Shown here piece after piece: positions 59,057-64,000 of a stretch of 64,000 nt of DNA. This DNA comes from Macrostomum lignano. Taxonomy: Eukaryota. Every line of letters starts with the position of its first letter. Within the stretch, counting starts at the first letter, position 1. The position numbers and the translations under genes were made by a program. The stretch is taken from assembly GCA_002269645.1 (NCBI GenBank), contig NIVC01000754.1, positions 1 to 64,000 on the forward strand, given 5' to 3'. The notes under the pieces were generated by a model. It was given only the letters and a program-made list of their open reading frames with translations, searched no databases and was not told the DNA's origin.

Positions 59057-62000
59057 GCGAAATCATCAATCTGCAAGACAGCGCCCATGCTGGTGTTCTA
59101 GAGGTTCACCGTATCGATGCGAGCCGTCTGGAGCCCCAGCTCAACATCTTCGAAATGGTGCGCGAGTGTCGGGATGTCATTGAAAGGACTATCACAGCGC
59201 GACAGCAAACCAACGTCGTCTTGCGCGCCCAGTTGCGTCTAAAAATCCGCATGAGAAGATGGCAGGCTGGTGAGTTCGTTGCTGAGGAAGACAAGTGGAT
59301 AAGCAGCTGCTTAGAAGAGATTCGGAATTTTGAAGATTGGTGGAATTCGCAATTAGCAGCCTGCGAAAGGACTTGTGAGTCCATGAACACGAACGGCAGT
59401 GGTTGGAGCATAGGTGGAATCAACTTCTTTGATGTCTGCATTTCCCGTGGCGATCGCGTGCGCTACTATGTTGGTAGAAGCAGCAGCTTTGTACTTCCCG
59501 AAGGTCTTAAGCAGAAGCAGGCCGTAATCAACCCACCGAGTGAAGGTGAAAATTGCTTTCTGTATGCCTGTCTAGCAGTGCTGCATCATGGAGAGGAAAG
59601 TTTGCGAAAATCTCCGCACGCGCTTGCAACCTACCGGCCTTGGCTTCACGAAATTTGCTTGAATGGCATAAGCATGCCAGTGAGTATCTATGCTTTAGAC
59701 GAGATTGAGAACTTGAACCCTGACTTCTGCTTCACAGTGCTTTCCTGGCGTGCTGGTAAAGTTGAAGTTTTGCGTCAACCAAAAGCAGCCACCACACCAC
59801 AGTAGGGCGCCGCCTTCTGCCATTGCTTCACCTCATTGACGACGACTCTGGCAGCTCTCACTGGTGCGCGATTGTAAACCTGAATCGTCTACTCAACAGC
59901 AAAGATGGACTTCACCAGCGCAAGTGGTGCGAGCGCTGTCTATCCGCTTTCAGGTCAGAGGAGAGACTGCAAGAGCACCGGCAGAGCTGCTACGAGTCAG
60001 ACGAGCTTTCCGTCAAAGAAGTATTACCAACGGAGGAAAACAACTGCTTGACTTTCCAAAACTGGCAGAAAACTATTTCACCGCCGTTTACAGTCTACGC
60101 TGATATGGAATCATTCAATGCTGATGTTGACGACGAAGTCCGCGGAGCCGCTGCCGGAACCAAAAAGCTTTCCCAGCATCTTCCAGCTGCAGTCGGCTAC
60201 CTGCTAGTACAAAGCGAAAATACTGCAGGCCCTGATCTCAAAGGCAGGAATGAAAGCCTCCAATTGTTCAGAGAAGACGATCCAGAACTGTGTGTCGAAC
60301 AATTCCTTAGATCCCTTGAGACGCTTTCAAAGGAAATCTTTCAATGGAACCGAGAACACAGCTACCAAAAGAAGATTGTCAATGACGAAGCTAACCGAAA
60401 GTTCGAAACAGCTCAGAGTTGCTACTACTGTGACGAATCTTTTTCGTGTCCGTCCGAAAAACTGTGGGATCACGATCATCTGACTGGGCTTTTCCGCGGT
60501 GCTGCGTGTGCTGCATGCAACCTCAAGGCTCAGTTGAAGCGACGCTTTTTGCCAGTGTACTTCCACAATCTCAAATCCTACGACCTACATCTGATCTTTT
60601 CGACGGCTTTGTTCAAGATGACACACTGGAAGTTGAGCGTGATTCCCCAGACCAGTGAACGGTACCTTTGCTTGAAGGCGGAATTTCCAGTTGGTGAGTA
60701 CACCTTACCGTCCGGCAAGAAGCGTCCGCTCAATTTTACCGTCCAATTTTTAGACTCACTCAATTTTCTGGGTTGTAGTCTTGAAACTGTGATGCGCACT
60801 CTAACGGCTGAAAGTTGCCCTCTTACGTTGGAGATGAAGGTGCACCATCCGCAACTTTCGAATGCTATTCTGCTAAGTAAGGGGATTTTTCCCTACGACG
60901 CTGTGAAGAAACCTGCCGATTTGCTTGTTACGAGTCTGCCGTCACAAGAGAACTTTTTCAACGTGCTCACGCAATCGCCTTGTCCTGATTCAGACTATCA
61001 GCATGCACTGCGAGCGTGGCATGAATTGCAGGTCAGTAACCTTGGACAGTACATGATGGCCTACCTAGAATTAGACATCCGCCAATTGGCAGATGCATTC
61101 GAATCATTCAGGAGATTGAGTCTTGCTGACGACGGCTTGGATCCGGTGCACTTCATCACGGCACCAGGATTGTCATTCGAATCGGCACTTAAGTGTGCGA
61201 AACATCGCTTGGAGCTTCTAGTCGATGGTGACATGTACCGCATGGTAGAGGCTGGCATCCGAGGAGGAATTACTTTCACCAATGTACACCAGGTCTCCGT
61301 GAGCGGTGGAGATGAAGAGGAAAAGGAACACAGATACTTACTTCCGCTAGATGTTAACAACCTATATGGTCAGGCTCTCTCTATGCCGCTACCCGTGAGT
61401 GAATTTCGATGGGTCGATCAAGACGAGCTGCGAAGTTGGGATGAAAGCACTGTTCTCAACATGCAAGATGATGGCGGCCATGCCTATCTCATTGAAGTCG
61501 ATCTGCAATATCCAGAATGCATTCACCAGAAGACCGAGGAGCTGCCACTGGCCCCAGAGAAGGGAACTATTGAGTTTGAAGACTTTCCAGCCTATATGCA
61601 GAAGCTATGGCATCAGCTAAATCCAGGTAAAAAGTACCACGGAACGCGAAAACTACTTCTCACTTGTCAAGACAAAGAAGCCTATGTTGTTCATAGCAGA
61701 GTGCTCAAGTTCTACCTTCAACAAGGCATGCGCGTAAGCAAGTTCCGGCGAGCCATCAGCTTTCGACAAGAGCGAGTGTTCAAGAGCTACATCGATAGCA
61801 ACAGCGAAAAGCGTTCAAAAGCATCTACAGAATTCGAAAAGAACTACTACAAGAGCAAGAACAATAGTCTTTTTGGAAAGACTATGGACAACGTTCGGAA
61901 GAGGAGAGATGTGAGAATCTGTAACAGTGATCATCAAGCTCAAGTTCTGGCTTCAAAGCCTAACGTCAAGACATTCAGCATCATCAAAGAAAACTTGAGC

Positions 62001-62729
62001 ATCTTTGAGCTAAGCAAGACATCCGTTCGCCTCGACCGGCCAGTGTACATCGGCCAGTGTGTTCTGGACGATTCAAAGCTTATTATGTACACACTTTTCT
62101 ACACTAAGTTGAAGTCCTGGTTCACGTCAACTCGCTGTGCTGCCAAGATTCAACTATGTGGTGGCGACACAGATTCTCTTTTTCTGTGCGTCAAGAACAT
62201 CGACGTTCCCAACAACATGCTGCCCGAAATGATTGACAGAGGACTGTTGGATACATCCAACTATCCAAGCCAGCACCCACTACGCTCCGACTCTTTAAAG
62301 GCTCGATTGGGTTGCGTCAAAGACGAGTCTGCAGGCTGCATCTACAAAGAGTGGATTCTCTTGAAGCCGAAGCTATACTCCTTTAAGAGTGCTCAGCAGT
62401 CCTTGCCTGACAAGAAGACAGCCAAAGGCGTACAGAAGGCTGTTGTGAAGCGCACCATTACTCACGAAGACTTTAAAGCCGCTTTTGAAAGCCTAAAGCA
62501 GCTAAATGTGACCGTTCGACGTATCACTAGTGCGAGGCATCAGCTGTTCACGGTGGAACAGGAGAAGAAGGCTCTGACTGTTTGGGAGGACAAGAGAGCG
62601 TGGATTTCAGCCAATGTCAGCCTCCCGTTTGGCCATGTCAGTCTCAAGACGCATGCGGGCTCTCGCAGACGGAGAAGGCCGACGTCTTCAATCTCGGGCG
62701 ATGAAAACGCGAAGCATTCGAAGACTTGA
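59057..62729 (+). CDS. polB: Protein-primed family B DNA polymerase (Polinton type), one frameshift near 59780-59800
   Basis: GSGW and ENCFLY..HWCAI N-terminal region, EndoVII-like DHDHLTG..RGAAC..CN, Exo VYADMES / FHNLKSYD / LDIRQLADAFE, KGIFPY, Pol LDVNNLYG, KNNSLFGK, GGDTDS, KPKLY, AKGV. Confidence 0.92.
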
Positions 62730-63096
62730 AAATCTGTTTACTTTATCTGTTTCTTATTTGTGTGACGCTGAATTGCATCCGATGCTAATGTTTTTGTGAA
62801 ATTAGCCTCCATTATGCTCTGGTGAAATACGCTTGTATTTTGATTTTTCCTTAATCAAATCAAGGTTCTAAACAGCGCTATTTTACGTCCCTGTTGTCTT
62901 TATTTATATTTTTAAACTTTAAACTTTTTCCTTTTTTCAATGATTTACTTAATGTATTTTTGTGTCAGGTGGAAATTGGTTGGTTGTTTGAGCATAAACG
63001 AAATAAAAAAAGCGAGTTAAACAGTTTTTATTCACATTATTCGTGAAAATAACATTTCTTGTCGTTGAGTTTTTGTATTTTGAGCTTGTTTGAAAG

Positions 63097-63678
63097 TTAA
63101 GTTTTCAAGGAAGAAAAAACAACATTTCTCAAGCGCATGTAGTCGGTATGTAACTGGTTAATTGATTGTGCACCACTTAAAACAAATGAGCCACTATGAA
63201 ACAACAGACATTTACAAAAGTTAAGCTTGAAAACCAACGCAGAAAACGATTCAGGTTCATACTCAGATTTCGGGATTTTCCTAGACAAATCCGACAGAGA
63301 CAGTGCAGAGCAAAGGGAAAGCTGTCCATTAGCAGTAATAGTTTTAATTCGAACACAAATAGTTTGATGAGGCAGCAGTTGAACCGGCACTCTCCGATGC
63401 AGCATAGCCACGAAGCGACGGGCAGCCCTTTTGGCGTCTGCGTGGGTCTTGGCACCGCAGATGCTCAGTTGTCCAGTAGGGTAGAGTAGCAGAGTCACTC
63501 TGGGACTCCGCATCCGCTTGATGAGCACCCGGGGCCAGACGGGCCGGTAGATCACATGAGCCATGCTGAGAGCCAGTTCCCGTAGAGGCAACTGGGCGCC
63601 CCTGCCACCATCCAGTCTCAGATCCACTCCGCCAACCAGATTGGTCACTCTTAGGGCTGTAGCTGCAGGTGGACTCAT
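63097..63678 (-). CDS. Intronless divergent TATA-binding-protein-fold protein (193 aa from ATG 63678)
   Basis: Two TBP half-repeats: TNLVGGVDL...YRPVW..LIKRMRSPRVTLLLYPTGQLSICGAK and EYEPESFSALVFKL..CLLFHSGSFVLSGAQ. Confidence 0.85.
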   Translation of the reverse strand: MSPPAATALRVTNLVGGVDLRLDGGRGAQLPLRELALSMAHVIYRPVWPRVLIKRMRSPRVTLLLYPTGQLSICGAKTHADAKRAARRFVAMLHRRVPVQLLPHQTICVRIKTITANGQLSLCSALSLSDLSRKIPKSEYEPESFSALVFKLNFCKCLLFHSGSFVLSGAQSINQLHTDYMRLRNVVFSSLKT

Positions 63679-64000
63679 TTCGATCCTTGACTTCTTCACC
63701 AAATCTTCTGCCAAATTCACTGCCCCTGTGCCACGGACACTGCTCGCTTCTTAAGTTGATGCAGAACTTTGGCTTAAGCCAACTGTAGTGCAGCAACGAA
63801 TTTCTCACTGCGCAGCCAGTATCTGAATCTTCAATCGAGGGTGCTCCCAAATCTTCTAGGTTATAAACCTGTCTACCAAGCAGCTCAGTCAGGAAAATAG
63901 ACTTCCTTTCCCCATTTGTCCAGATTGGACCACTGGCAATCCTCAGAATGTCTTCCGCCAGTTCCATGTACGGACGGGTTCCATCATTCCACTTAAACTG
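63344..64000 (-). CDS. Partial ORF open at the window end; Polinton-associated uncharacterised family
   Basis: Frame open from 64000: KWNDGTRPY..L...KSIFLTELL..VYNLEDLG..CAVRN..SWL, a pattern recalled from exonuclease-like ORFs beside Polinton PolB (unverified); tail overlaps the TBP-like ORF. Confidence 0.45.
   Translation of the reverse strand, partial: QFKWNDGTRPYMELAEDILRIASGPIWTNGERKSIFLTELLGRQVYNLEDLGAPSIEDSDTGCAVRNSLLHYSWLKPKFCINLRSEQCPWHRGSEFGRRFGEEVKDRNESTCSYSPKSDQSGWRSGSETGWWQGRPVASTGTGSQHGSCDLPARLAPGAHQADAESQSDSATLPYWTTEHLRCQDPRRRQKGCPSLRGYAASESAGSTAASSNYLCSN

Larger units (their letters stand above)
55658..64000. mobile_element. Polinton/Maverick-like element, left part
   Basis: AGTAGTAGG terminus, repeat-rich subterminal region, protein-primed PolB; integrase, ATPase, capsid genes and right TIR are not in the window. 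Confidence 0.82.

Noticed and set aside
63097-63720. Host TBP gene
   Set aside because: Far too divergent from the conserved TBP core, intronless and embedded beside pPolB.

Overview
Eukaryotic (invertebrate) genomic DNA with spliceosomal introns, TTAGGG repeats and dense minisatellites. The style resembles a free-living flatworm such as Macrostomum, but that is inference. Host genes: an ankyrin + SOCS-box gene (9.9-11.6 kb, minus), an intact 6-exon LCAT/group XV phospholipase A2 gene (14.8-18.0 kb), and a five-copy cluster of secreted WSC + PAN/Apple genes (two with intact ORFs, three pseudogenes; 25.7-53.4 kb). The rest is mostly mobile DNA: two tRNA-derived CORE-like SINEs, a 5'-truncated Gypsy with its 3' LTR, P/THAP deletion derivatives, Crypton and Penelope fragments (the latter with a hammerhead core), hAT MITEs, a CCC-ended DNA transposon carrying a DUF4806-like gene, a LOA-like LINE, a DIRS-type recombinase/gag chimera and an RTE-like fragment. 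From 55,658 to the window end is a Polinton/Maverick-like element with an AGTAGT terminus, a protein-primed PolB and, next to it, an intronless divergent TBP-fold gene. Most notable: (1) the TBP-carrying Polinton, whose PolB may gain a spliced acidic N-terminal exon; (2) many TA-framed motifs (TACATGTA, TACAGTA, TACGAGTA, TACGAGCGTA) that paralogue comparison shows as insertions at TA, consistent with Tc1/mariner excision footprints; (3) a KP-like P-element derivative inside a WSC gene intron. All alignments, counts and splice models were made by eye; single-base frameshifts could be assembly errors.
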